From NCBI GenBank assembly GCA_040880975.1, contig JBBEEC010000058.1, positions 4,299-68,298 of the forward strand: 64,000 nt of DNA, written 5' to 3'. The notes beneath the pieces are model-generated. The model was given only the letters and a program-made list of their open reading frames with translations. It searched no databases and was not told the DNA's origin. Source of the DNA: Bacteroidota bacterium. Its GTDB lineage: Bacteria; Bacteroidota; Ignavibacteria; UBA10030. A program made the translations under genes and the position numbers. Numbering within the stretch: the first letter of the stretch is position 1; each line of letters opens with the position of its first letter. Below are positions 19,558-29,194 of the stretch, one piece after another.

Positions 19558-20202
19558 ATGAAACGCGCCCTTATTCTTGCCAACGGAACGCCCCCGCGCA
19601 AAGCGCTTTTCCATGCCGCCCGAAAACATGCCGACATCTTTGTCTGCGCTGACGGCGGGGCCAATGTGGCCGCGGCCATAAATGAGAAGCCTGATCTGAT
19701 CATCGGCGATCTGGATTCGATTAAAAGTTCGACCATACGAAAATTCAAATCGGTTCGAACGCGCAGAATCGCCGATCAGAACAGCACCGACCTGGAAAAG
19801 GCGCTGACTTGGGTTATCGGAAGAAACTATGAGTCTGTGGACGTTTTGGGGGCGCTCGGGGGGCGGGTGGACCATCTGGCCGGAAACCTCAGTGCCCTTG
19901 GAAAATTCTCCCGCTCGGCGGAAATTCGCTTTCTTGACGATGAAGGGATCATGACGGCTGTGGGGTCTGAGCTGACCTTCGAAGCCGATCGGGGTACCAC
20001 CGTGTCCCTGATTCCGCTCTCCCGCTGTGAAGGCATTGTGACGCGCGGGCTGAAGTGGGAGCTTCGCAACGGCATTCTCGAGCTCGGAGTTCGGGAAAGC
20101 ACGAGCAACGAAGTGCGATCAAGCCCTGTCATGGTCCAGGTACGCCGCGGAACCCTCCTTCTCTACATGCTCGTGGATCCGCTTACCTTCTTAACGCCCT
20201 GA
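19558..20202 (+). CDS. thiN: Thiamine diphosphokinase
   Basis: CADGGAN, PDLIIGDLDS, DQNSTDLEKAL, GGRVDH and STSN motifs. Confidence 0.93.
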   Translation: MKRALILANGTPPRKALFHAARKHADIFVCADGGANVAAAINEKPDLIIGDLDSIKSSTIRKFKSVRTRRIADQNSTDLEKALTWVIGRNYESVDVLGALGGRVDHLAGNLSALGKFSRSAEIRFLDDEGIMTAVGSELTFEADRGTTVSLIPLSRCEGIVTRGLKWELRNGILELGVRESTSNEVRSSPVMVQVRRGTLLLYMLVDPLTFLTP

Positions 20203-21623
20203 TGCCGCAGATTCAACTCGGTGCCGCAGATACCATCATTGTTCTCGCGTATTTTTCCTGTGTTGTTTACATCGGCTACCGCGCCGGGAAAAGGAGAAAC
20301 GATGACCCGGCGGATTTTTTTCTTGCGGGACGGACGTTGACCCTTCCTCTGTTCGTTGCGACGCTTGTGTCTACATGGTACGGGGGCATTCTTGGAGTCG
20401 GTGAATTCTCCTATTCGTACGGGATCTCAAACTGGCTCGTATTCGGGCTCCCGTATTATATTTTCGCTATCCTGTTTGCCATGTTTCTTGCAAAGAGAAT
20501 CCGGGCTACCAATCTCGCAACAATCCCCGATAAACTTGCCGCCAGCTACGATCGGAAAACCTCACTCCTTGGAAGCATTCTGACATTCATTCTGGTTACT
20601 CCCGCCGCCTACGTCCTGATGCTCGGTGTGCTCGTTCAGTTGATGTTCGGGCTGAATCTGGCAACGAGCGTCATTCTGGCAACAGTCCTTACGATCTGGT
20701 ATCTCTATTCAGGCGGATTCCGGTCTGATGTCTGGGTGAATGCGTTCGAGTTCATCATGATGTTTGCCGGATTTGCCGCGATGGTATTCTTTGCCGTGCG
20801 AACATACGGCGGATTTACCTTCATTGAAACAAATGTTCCCGAGGCTCATCTTGCCTGGCACGGAGGCAACAGTCTGCAGTATATTGCCGTATGGTTCTTC
20901 ATCGCCCTCTGGACCCTCGTCGACCCGGCATTTCATCAGCGGTGCTATGCGGCAAAGGACGGAAAGACCGCGCAGCGGGGTATCCTGGTTTCTGTTTTGT
21001 TCTGGTTTTGCTTTGACTTTCTCACCACGGTTACCGGCCTGTACGCCCGCGCGGCCCTGCCCGGGCTCGATGAGCCGATGTTTTCCTATCCGCTCCTGGC
21101 CGAGATAACGCTGCCGGAGGTTGCAAAGGGCTTGTTTTACGTCGGCTTGCTCGCGACGATCATGTCGAGCCTGAGCAGCCTTATGTTCATTTCGGCGGTG
21201 ACCGTGGGGAATGATATTGCCGGGCGGTTGGCGGGAGAGGGCCGGCGCGACATCGTTATTCGCCAATGGACAAAAATCGGTTTGATTCTGGGGGGAATTT
21301 TTGCAGTTGGACTTGCGCTCATGGTCCCCTCGGTGGTGAGCCTTTGGTACACCATCGGCACGACGATCATTCCGGGATTGCTCATTCCGGTGATCGCCGG
21401 TTATTTTGATAACCTGAAGATCCCGAGTTCCTACGCCTTCAATGCGATGTTGTTCGGATGGTTGACTTCAACGGGGAGCTTGTTGTACGGAATTTTTAAT
21501 GCAGAGGGAGGGATTTCTATATACTGGCTGGGAATCGAGCCGATGTATCCCGGATTGGCCGTTGCAATCCTGATCTGGGCCGCCGGGAGGATCCGGAGCC
21601 TGGCAAGATCCAAAAACAGCTGA
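20202..21623 (+). CDS. Sodium:solute symporter (SSS), probably a thiamine/precursor transporter
   Basis: DFFLAGR, TWYGG, GGFRSDVW, QRCYAAK and about 13 TM helices; TGATG-coupled to thiN. Confidence 0.9.
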   Translation: MPQIQLGAADTIIVLAYFSCVVYIGYRAGKRRNDDPADFFLAGRTLTLPLFVATLVSTWYGGILGVGEFSYSYGISNWLVFGLPYYIFAILFAMFLAKRIRATNLATIPDKLAASYDRKTSLLGSILTFILVTPAAYVLMLGVLVQLMFGLNLATSVILATVLTIWYLYSGGFRSDVWVNAFEFIMMFAGFAAMVFFAVRTYGGFTFIETNVPEAHLAWHGGNSLQYIAVWFFIALWTLVDPAFHQRCYAAKDGKTAQRGILVSVLFWFCFDFLTTVTGLYARAALPGLDEPMFSYPLLAEITLPEVAKGLFYVGLLATIMSSLSSLMFISAVTVGNDIAGRLAGEGRRDIVIRQWTKIGLILGGIFAVGLALMVPSVVSLWYTIGTTIIPGLLIPVIAGYFDNLKIPSSYAFNAMLFGWLTSTGSLLYGIFNAEGGISIYWLGIEPMYPGLAVAILIWAAGRIRSLARSKNS

Positions 21624-21683
21624 AGTCCGACATTATCGCCGGAGAGATGTTGCAATGTCGGACTTCAACCTGAATGCATCTTG

Positions 21684-22571
21684 TTACTGAGTTCCCAGGA
21701 TCAACGGAAGGCCGTCTTTTCCGCTTCCGACAATAACAACTTTTGCGTTTGTCGAGCTTGCGAGTTTTTCGGTCGCTTCGATGCCCTTCCATCGCAACAG
21801 GTTCTCGCTTATACCGCGGGCGACGATGTTCTGAAAATCAGAAATACCCTGGGCTTCGATCCGTTTTCTCTCTGCTTCCTGCCGTTCCTTCGTCAGGATA
21901 AACTCCATCCGCTGACTCTCCTGATCCGCCTTCTGCTTTTGCTCAATGGCCTCGGTCAATTGCACCGGCAAACCGACATTGCGCAACGGGGTTGTTTCGA
22001 CCAGAATCCCCCTGGGGGCAACCGCTCTTGCCAGTTCGTGCTGAATGGCGGCACCAAGGGCCTCCCGCTCGGTCGAATACAGGGCGCTGGCTTGAAAGCT
22101 TGCAGTCACAGCCCGGCTGATGGAGCGGAACTGAGGAACGAGAATGACGCCCTCATAATCCCCACCGCTGATCGTCTTATAAACACGGGCAGCGGAGTCC
22201 GGGTTCAATCGGTACAATGCACTGATCTCCAGACGGATTGTCAATCCCTCGCGCGAAAGGACTTCCATTGTTTCCTTGTGTTCTTTCGTCTGAATGGAAT
22301 ATTTCTGGACGCGGGCCAGCGGATTGATCGGATTAATGCCGGCCAGCAACGGTTCGTCCGAGACAATACCGAAAAAATCTACAACGCCGACATGCCCCGC
22401 CGGAATGACCGTGAGGCACTGACCAAGAGCCAGCAGGGAAAAGCCGACAGCAGCGGCTAAGGCAAGGTTCGCGGTTTTCTTCAACATAACATTGAATTCC
22501 GCCTTTTTTCGTGCCGTCAGAAACACAAAGAGTGCTCCGACCGCGATGAGAACGCTGAGTATGAAAAGCAT
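21684..22571 (-). CDS. SPFH/prohibitin family membrane protein
   Basis: IPAGHVGVV, AIEQKQKADQE, EAERKRIEAQG and GKDGLPLIL. Confidence 0.92.
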   Translation of the reverse strand: MLFILSVLIAVGALFVFLTARKKAEFNVMLKKTANLALAAAVGFSLLALGQCLTVIPAGHVGVVDFFGIVSDEPLLAGINPINPLARVQKYSIQTKEHKETMEVLSREGLTIRLEISALYRLNPDSAARVYKTISGGDYEGVILVPQFRSISRAVTASFQASALYSTEREALGAAIQHELARAVAPRGILVETTPLRNVGLPVQLTEAIEQKQKADQESQRMEFILTKERQEAERKRIEAQGISDFQNIVARGISENLLRWKGIEATEKLASSTNAKVVIVGSGKDGLPLILGTQ

Positions 22572-22663
22572 GGGTAACCTCCGTTTTATTGAAATTCGTT
22601 AAGAGTCTAACCCCGCTGGCCGGATATGGCGCTTCAGCGGATGGGTCGAATCATGAATGACAG

Positions 22664-25600
22664 CTATGGGTTAGGAAGAACTACATCGTATACGTTCGGA
22701 TCACCCGCCGATTTTTTCCCCCCGCCCTTCCATTCGGTTGCAAGCGGGCCTGCAGGCCGAAAATCCCCCAGCCCCGCGCCACCGTGATCATCCTGGGCGC
22801 CGACAAGCACTGTGTAATTCCAGCTCGGCGCAGGCTTTCCGATCACTTCGAGAGGAATTGCAAAGGAGATTGTTCCTGAAGATGCACTTCCCAACGGATT
22901 CACCTCGTCGTTCGGAACGGGAAGATATTCTGCAAGAACTGTTCCTTTTTCATCCTCAATGCGAATACCCCCGCCGACAAACACCATGGTCTCGTAGGCG
23001 TGCCCTGGCGGCAAAGAATATTGCGCGTTGCGCCCCACCGGCCGTCGGCCCGATCCCGTACGCCCGTCAGTGTCGATCGCAATTCCGACAAATGTCAGCT
23101 GAAAACCGTATTCAGGATGCCAGCCGGGATCAGAGAGTGTGCGGAACTGAAGTTTGAAGTACGCATTCTTATCGTCGGCAGTGACGGTGAATCGGGTGAT
23201 GTCGAGGCTTCCCGGCCGAAGTTGGGCGATCTTTGGGTAGGTCAAGGAGCCGGTTCCGCGGTCATCGCCTGCAGGATCCGTGCGGTCATAAAGCACGGTT
23301 GCGCCGGGGTTGTCAAACTTAATTTCCTCATTGGTGAGGAGCCTGTGACCGGGGCCTTGCAATGCCTTGAGGTCCGTCCGAACGACCGGTACAGCAAGTG
23401 AAATAGGAGCCAGCGATGAGTCCGGATCAAAAGCCCGGACAATATCCATTTGAAGCTTGCGCGATCCGTTTTGATCCTCTACATACACGCCATCTGCCTT
23501 AATGGTGAGTTCTGCTTCTGTGAGCGGAGCCAGCATATAGGCAAAATTATGCTCAATCCCGGATTCCAGCCGCCATGTCGCCAGCACATCAATGGTGGGT
23601 GCCCCTGCCGGCGATGAGAGCTTGATGAGCCCTTCGGACGGGGACCGGTGATAACGAATCCGAAGGACATATCCGCCAACGGCAACGTTGAATGCCGCAT
23701 CCGAAACAGAAACAGGGAGGTGGGGAGCAAGTTCCAGCTTGTTTTCCACCGCATCAACAGCAACTCCGAGATAGTCCTGATATGTGTTGCGCAAGAACTC
23801 CGCGAGACTCCATGCTTGGGTGAAGGTTCCCGAGAGCCTCGGTTCCGATTCACCCTCGCGAACTGCAGCGTCGAGAAGTTCTGACATTGTTCCGATAGCC
23901 CCCCGGTCGAGGATCTGATGAATCATATTTTGTGTGACATGATACGCGGACTCGGTATATCCGAACTGCGTCGCGGCACTGATCCACCGTCCTGCCAGCC
24001 ACGTCCAAACAATACCGTTATGGTAGGCGGCATCCTGGACGTAGTAGGGCATATAATGGTGATAGGGGTGGAAGTTCTGATCGTCTTGCGAAAGCGATGC
24101 CATACCATGGGGATAAACCAGTTTCGCTGTCATTTCCCTGAACACTTGAAACCGGATCTGCGGGTCATCGATCAGGCCAAGGGTAAAGATCTGATTTGGT
24201 CTGAATTGTCCATCCGCAGTGTTATCGGCATTAAGATGATCATAAATGCGGTTGGAGGAACGATCGAGGAACATCCGGTTGAAAGAAATGCGAACCTGTT
24301 CAGCGTATGAAAACCACTCCTGAAAACTTTTTTCATCGTCTGTAAGACCTGCCAGCCATGATGAAATCAAAAGCTGCTGATACCAGAGTGCCTGAATGTC
24401 GTTCGCCCGGTTTCCACGGGGGCTCCACGGGCCTTCGGGACCGACTGCATCCATCCAGGTTTCCGCGTCACCGTGGGTGAGCAGGCCGTTCCGGTCGATT
24501 CGCTTTCTGAGGGATCCTTCAACGGCTCTTCGAACGACAGGATAGACTGATCGGGCAAACGCCGTATCTCCTGAATAGTTGACATACTCGCCCAGGGCTT
24601 CGATAAATCTGGGCGTACCGTCCGCTGTGTTGTAGCTGATGGAAGATGGCGTGACCAGGTTTGGAATGCGGCCATAGGTCGGGCTGGCGGGATTTACATC
24701 CTGCCATTCGGCAAACGATTGCAGTATTTCCCTCGCTTCGGAAAAACTTCCCTGAATGAGCGTGGCCCCGGGAAGCGAAATGAAAGAATCGCGGCCCCAA
24801 TAATTGCTGAACCACGGAAGTCCCGCAAAAATCCCTTTTTTCCTTTGCTGCATGATCAGGGCGTCCATGGAAAGTAAAGCCCAATGGAAAGCCATGTCGA
24901 GGCGATGATCTGTCGTACGAACGGCCGTGCGGTCCAGAACGCGCTGCATACGGTCTTTTCGGCCTTGGATCAGGTTCTGGTAGTGCTTTGCGACGAACCG
25001 TGTCCGCTCGAGCGTTTGTTCCTCGGTGTCGCCGGCCGTCAGAATGGCAACAGAGGCGCCCTTCACGATTGCAGCTTGTGCCATTGCAGGGCCGATGCGG
25101 AAGCTGCCCTGTACAGCTGTTGCGCTGACCGTCCGATCGTCTCCGGTGGCGGTAATGCCCATCCAGACAGGGTAATCTGCGGAGGCGGTTCTCTGAAGGT
25201 GATCTTTTCGTGCAATGAGGATGACATCACCGTGAGATCTTGTGACGTAGTCGGCGGGGTTTTGCGAACTCGAAAACAGAGGGCGAATTCCGACCGTTGA
25301 TCCTTTGATAATGCCGAGTTCGATAACGATCGCGTCAATGGAATCAATCAGAGTCACTGTTTCCTGCACACCGATGGGATAAGACCGTTGAATCCGGTCA
25401 GGATACACCTGGGTCAAATGCACCTGCGATTTCAGCAGTTCACGATTATCGATGGTGATCAGGTAGTCATCCATAATTTTCGTGGACATGACGTGCCATC
25501 CGTGCCATCCCCTGGTGTGTTCGGCATTCGTCTCTGTGTAGAGAAATCCGGCGTTCTTGTTTGTAAAGGCGAGCTCACGGGAGGCTCCGAAGACATCGAT

Positions 25601-25699
25601 CCGAAGGTCGTCGACCGATACTTTGATATCGGGGTCAAATGTTGTGCACCCTGAAAGAAGGGCTGTGGCAACGAGAGAAAGGGATTTTTGCATGGACAT
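22664..25699 (-). CDS. Lipoprotein amylo-alpha-1,6-glucosidase (debranching-like) with a C-terminal glucodextranase DOMON-like domain
   Basis: Lipobox LLSG-C; AGLPWFSNYWGRDSFI, TWMDA, YHNGIVW, SELLD and QAWSLAE; C-terminal DPAGDDRGTGSLTYP. Start moved from 26275. Confidence 0.88.
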   Translation of the reverse strand: MSMQKSLSLVATALLSGCTTFDPDIKVSVDDLRIDVFGASRELAFTNKNAGFLYTETNAEHTRGWHGWHVMSTKIMDDYLITIDNRELLKSQVHLTQVYPDRIQRSYPIGVQETVTLIDSIDAIVIELGIIKGSTVGIRPLFSSSQNPADYVTRSHGDVILIARKDHLQRTASADYPVWMGITATGDDRTVSATAVQGSFRIGPAMAQAAIVKGASVAILTAGDTEEQTLERTRFVAKHYQNLIQGRKDRMQRVLDRTAVRTTDHRLDMAFHWALLSMDALIMQQRKKGIFAGLPWFSNYWGRDSFISLPGATLIQGSFSEAREILQSFAEWQDVNPASPTYGRIPNLVTPSSISYNTADGTPRFIEALGEYVNYSGDTAFARSVYPVVRRAVEGSLRKRIDRNGLLTHGDAETWMDAVGPEGPWSPRGNRANDIQALWYQQLLISSWLAGLTDDEKSFQEWFSYAEQVRISFNRMFLDRSSNRIYDHLNADNTADGQFRPNQIFTLGLIDDPQIRFQVFREMTAKLVYPHGMASLSQDDQNFHPYHHYMPYYVQDAAYHNGIVWTWLAGRWISAATQFGYTESAYHVTQNMIHQILDRGAIGTMSELLDAAVREGESEPRLSGTFTQAWSLAEFLRNTYQDYLGVAVDAVENKLELAPHLPVSVSDAAFNVAVGGYVLRIRYHRSPSEGLIKLSSPAGAPTIDVLATWRLESGIEHNFAYMLAPLTEAELTIKADGVYVEDQNGSRKLQMDIVRAFDPDSSLAPISLAVPVVRTDLKALQGPGHRLLTNEEIKFDNPGATVLYDRTDPAGDDRGTGSLTYPKIAQLRPGSLDITRFTVTADDKNAYFKLQFRTLSDPGWHPEYGFQLTFVGIAIDTDGRTGSGRRPVGRNAQYSLPPGHAYETMVFVGGGIRIEDEKGTVLAEYLPVPNDEVNPLGSASSGTISFAIPLEVIGKPAPSWNYTVLVGAQDDHGGAGLGDFRPAGPLATEWKGGGKKSAGDPNVYDVVLPNP

Positions 25700-25966
25700 C
25701 AGGATGAGCACGAAAGAATGTAAAGTATAAAATACGTTTTTTTGTCTGGAGCCGCAATCAAAACCGGAATAATGAAGTAGTATTTCCGTTTCGAACAGCG
25801 TAACCCTTTGCGCCACATCTATTGTTGTCTCCGCGTCTCTGCATGAAACCTGGTGAGTTGTAGAGCGAACGTGAACAATAAAGACCGAAACATTGCCCGG
25901 CATGACGACATGGATCGTCTCCGGAAGAGGAATTTTCGTATCTTGCCAAGAGGAAGGAACCCCAAC

Positions 25967-26740
25967 ATGCTTGAACATGCAACAGTCGCGGCAGTAGCAG
26001 CCGGAAGATTGATCAGAGATCGTGCAGGGAATGCCGGGAGCGTTCAGACAAAAGCCGGTCAGGAAACAAACCTCGTGACCGAACTCGACCGGGAGGCAGA
26101 GGCCCTCATCATCAGGATTCTCCGGAAGAATTACCCGGATTATGATGTTCTCGCCGAAGAATCCGGGAGCCGCAACGGCGGATCGGAATACCGGTGGGTG
26201 ATCGATCCTATCGACGGTACGACAAACTTCGCCCGCGGTCTTCCGATTTTTTGCGTGTCCATTGGATTGGAACACCAGGGAAAGATCGTCCTCGGCGTAG
26301 TGTATGATCCCACCCGGGACGAATTGTTCACTGCGGAACGCGGGAAGGGGGCCTTCATGAACGGAAACCCCATCCGCGTCTCAGACGCCTCTTCTCTTAT
26401 TGAAAGCGTGCTGGTCACCGGATTCGCCTACAATGTTCGTTCGACCCTTGAGAATATTGACCATTTTCAGAATTTCCTTCTTGAGTCCCGCGCCGTACGG
26501 CGACTGGGATCTGCCGCGTTGGATCTTTGCTACGTAGCCGCCGGAAGGCTCGACGGGTACTGGGAAATGTCGTTGAATCCTTGGGATATGGCGGCGGGAG
26601 TTTTGCTGGTGGAAGAAGCGGGTGGAAAATATACCGACCTTGAGGGCCAGCCTTCAACAATTCATAACAAGAAGATACTGGTCTCCAACGGAAGAATTCA
26701 TGATCAAATGGTTGGAGTGCTGAAAAGAGGCAAGATTTGA
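25967..26740 (+). CDS. suhB: Inositol monophosphatase family protein
   Basis: LAEE, WVIDPIDGTTNF, RRLGSAALD and WDMAAG. Confidence 0.92.
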   Translation: MLEHATVAAVAAGRLIRDRAGNAGSVQTKAGQETNLVTELDREAEALIIRILRKNYPDYDVLAEESGSRNGGSEYRWVIDPIDGTTNFARGLPIFCVSIGLEHQGKIVLGVVYDPTRDELFTAERGKGAFMNGNPIRVSDASSLIESVLVTGFAYNVRSTLENIDHFQNFLLESRAVRRLGSAALDLCYVAAGRLDGYWEMSLNPWDMAAGVLLVEEAGGKYTDLEGQPSTIHNKKILVSNGRIHDQMVGVLKRGKI

Positions 26741-26747
26741 ACGAAGG

Positions 26748-26900
26748 GGCTTTAAAGCGTTCTTGGTTGATAGTTTGACGTTGTGGTTCTTTGGTTCTTG
26801 GTCAAAGTCTTTGGACTACGGTACAAAGAAACAGCCATAGACATAAACCAACACCTGGTCAACTAAAACAACCAACCAATAACTCGCAACGCTTTGGATC
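26748..26900. repeat. Degenerate G/T-rich then A/C-rich inverted tract between convergent genes
   Basis: TTGGTT-like units followed by AACCAA-like units; outer AAAGCGTT/AACGCTTT pairing. Confidence 0.5.
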
Positions 26901-26941
26901 CAAAAAGCACGTCTTAGCCCACCTTTCCGCAACATCTCTCA

Positions 26942-27391
26942 TCACAGAATTTTAACCAGATCCAACCCCATCACGGCAAATGTCAGAATCATAATAAGCG
27001 TAAAGAGCCCCAGCGCCCCGAAGTATCCCGCGTGACGTTTCGTTTCCTCGAAATCGAGCTCCCGTGACGGGCGGGTACGAACCGAAATATCTCCCGTTAC
27101 CTGAACCTGGCATGCAAGCCGGTGATTCGGCGACACTTTCCGCTTCAGAATCCTTCCGCTGATCAATCGCTCTTCGTCCGGGGTTCTCGCATTAACTCCC
27201 TTGCCCTCCGTAATTTCTACGACATCCGATGTGCACGGGATATTGAGCGGCCCTACTTGCAGGTTTATTCTGATGAATCGATGAAGCGGACCGGCAAGGC
27301 CGATCCCGGCTTTCAAAGCTGCCTTTCTGAGATTGGTCCCCGGAAGAACATCGATGGATTTGTGATTGTTGACGAAGTGAACGGTGGGCAT
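26942..27391 (-). CDS. 2Fe-2S ferredoxin-fold protein with a C-terminal TM helix and degenerate cluster motif
   Basis: GTNLRKAAL and RLACQVQVTGDISV; only two Cys in the protein. Confidence 0.8.
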   Translation of the reverse strand: MPTVHFVNNHKSIDVLPGTNLRKAALKAGIGLAGPLHRFIRINLQVGPLNIPCTSDVVEITEGKGVNARTPDEERLISGRILKRKVSPNHRLACQVQVTGDISVRTRPSRELDFEETKRHAGYFGALGLFTLIMILTFAVMGLDLVKIL

Positions 27392-27405
27392 ATTGGTGAT
27401 TCTGA

Positions 27406-27864
27406 TTAGTGATTCTGATATTTTTTTGTTGTCCCCGGGGGGATCGTATAGATGTAGCTTTCGAGATATTCCAGATTCCGTTCTTTCTCGTCGAGATCGA
27501 CCATCAAAAGGTCGCGCAGAGAGACCATTCCGAGTAACTGGTCTCCCGAGACAACCGGAAGATGCCGGCAATGGGCCTTTTGCATCTTCTGAAGGCAAGA
27601 GACGTGGTTTTCATCCGTCTCAGCCACGACAATGCGGGTTGTCATGACATCCCCGATGAGGGTCTTTGAAGGATCGCGACCGAGGGCGATAACACGTGTG
27701 ATCACATCGCGTTCCGAAAATATCCCGACCAGCCTGTTATCCTTGGTGACCGGTACCGCCCCAACTTTCTTCTCCGCCATAAACCGAGCCGCCTCTGCCA
27801 CCGTAAGATCACGCTTCACTGCGTGAATCGGCCGGTCCTGAACGAATTCGCCAATCGATTTCAT
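27406..27864 (-). CDS. CBS domain pair protein
   Basis: VGAVPV, LVGIFSERD, DVMT, RHLPVV and GMVSLRDL. Confidence 0.92.
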   Translation of the reverse strand: MKSIGEFVQDRPIHAVKRDLTVAEAARFMAEKKVGAVPVTKDNRLVGIFSERDVITRVIALGRDPSKTLIGDVMTTRIVVAETDENHVSCLQKMQKAHCRHLPVVSGDQLLGMVSLRDLLMVDLDEKERNLEYLESYIYTIPPGTTKKYQNH

Positions 27865-28019
27865 ACGCCTACCCTCCTTCCGTGGGAATGTGTCATGCAG
27901 GTCGAAAAACTTAAGAACTTTTCCTAACTGACGCAAGTTTCGGGACAAATTCTTGCATCGCGGCCATTATGTCGATACATTGAATTGGCGTTAATTGGCC
28001 CCATGACCACGGAGAAAGG

Positions 28020-29177
28020 ATGTATTCCATGCGCATAGGTATTCTCACCGGGGGTGGCGATGTCCCAGGACTCAATCCCTGCATCAAAGGGGTCGTGTAT
28101 CGGGCCGTGGATAACGGTGCAGAAGTCGTCGGTATCAAACGCGGATGGGCGGGTCTTCTCGACTACGATCTTTCACACGCGGACGACCGCGAATGGGTCA
28201 TCCGATTGGATAAACGAAACACGCGCACGATCGATCGGACCGGCGGGACATTTCTCCATACGTCCCGCACAAATCCCGGAAAAGTAAAGCCCGAAGATCT
28301 TCCGCCATTCCTTCGCACATCGGATTCCCCCAAGGAAGGCCGTATCGACTGCACGGCCCACGTTTTGAAGGTGATCGATCGCTTGAAGCTCGATGTGCTC
28401 GTTACCATCGGCGGAGACGACACGCAGAGTTATGGCGTCCGATTGCACAAGGAAGGCTTTCCCGTGATCGCCATTCCGAAAACCATGGACAACGATGTCT
28501 TTGGTACAGATTACTGTATCGGCTTCTCCACTGCGGTGACCCGGAGCGTCGATTTCATCACCTCTCTGCGAACGGTCGCAGGTTCGCATGAGCGCATTGC
28601 CATTGTCGAACTCTTTGGACGAAACTCAGGGGAGACATCCCTGATTTCCGCCTATCTGGCAGGCGTGGATCGCGCGATCATTTCGGAAGTTCCGTTCGAT
28701 CCCGACCGGCTATCGCAGTTCCTCGATGAGGACAAACGTTCGAACCCGAGCAACTATGCGATCATGACGATCTCAGAAGGAGCTCACATGAAGGGGGGAA
28801 GCATCGTTCAAAGCGGGCCCGAAGATGCATACGGGCATCAGAAGCTCGGGGGCATTGGAGAGGAAACGGAAGATTACATCAAACGGAAACTGAAGACCCA
28901 TACCGTGTATCAGCAGGTGGCGTACCTGATGCGGAGCGGAGAACCGGATGCACTGGATCGTATGGTGGCTTTCAGTTATGCGAACCTCGCCACGGACCTG
29001 ATTCTGCGCAAGGAGTTCGGGAGGATGGTCGCTCTTCAGGAAGGAAGATATACAACGGTTCCCATCGATACCCTGACAAAAGGTGTCAAGCGGGTTGATG
29101 TTGACGCCTTGTACGACAAAGAAGCGTACCGGCCGAAGATCGCTCACATGTTGGGGAAACCGATGTTCCTGTATTGA
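28020..29177 (+). CDS. pfkA: 6-phosphofructokinase, PPi-type signature
   Basis: [32 protein letters not shown] and ELFGR. Confidence 0.92.
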   Translation: MYSMRIGILTGGGDVPGLNPCIKGVVYRAVDNGAEVVGIKRGWAGLLDYDLSHADDREWVIRLDKRNTRTIDRTGGTFLHTSRTNPGKVKPEDLPPFLRTSDSPKEGRIDCTAHVLKVIDRLKLDVLVTIGGDDTQSYGVRLHKEGFPVIAIPKTMDNDVFGTDYCIGFSTAVTRSVDFITSLRTVAGSHERIAIVELFGRNSGETSLISAYLAGVDRAIISEVPFDPDRLSQFLDEDKRSNPSNYAIMTISEGAHMKGGSIVQSGPEDAYGHQKLGGIGEETEDYIKRKLKTHTVYQQVAYLMRSGEPDALDRMVAFSYANLATDLILRKEFGRMVALQEGRYTTVPIDTLTKGVKRVDVDALYDKEAYRPKIAHMLGKPMFLY

Positions 29178-29194
29178 AAAAGAGGGTCTGAGGT

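Noticed and set aside
25700-26275. N-terminal 190 aa of the 1203-aa ORF
   Set aside because: It overlaps suhB on the opposite strand, and the lipoprotein signal begins at 25699/25693.
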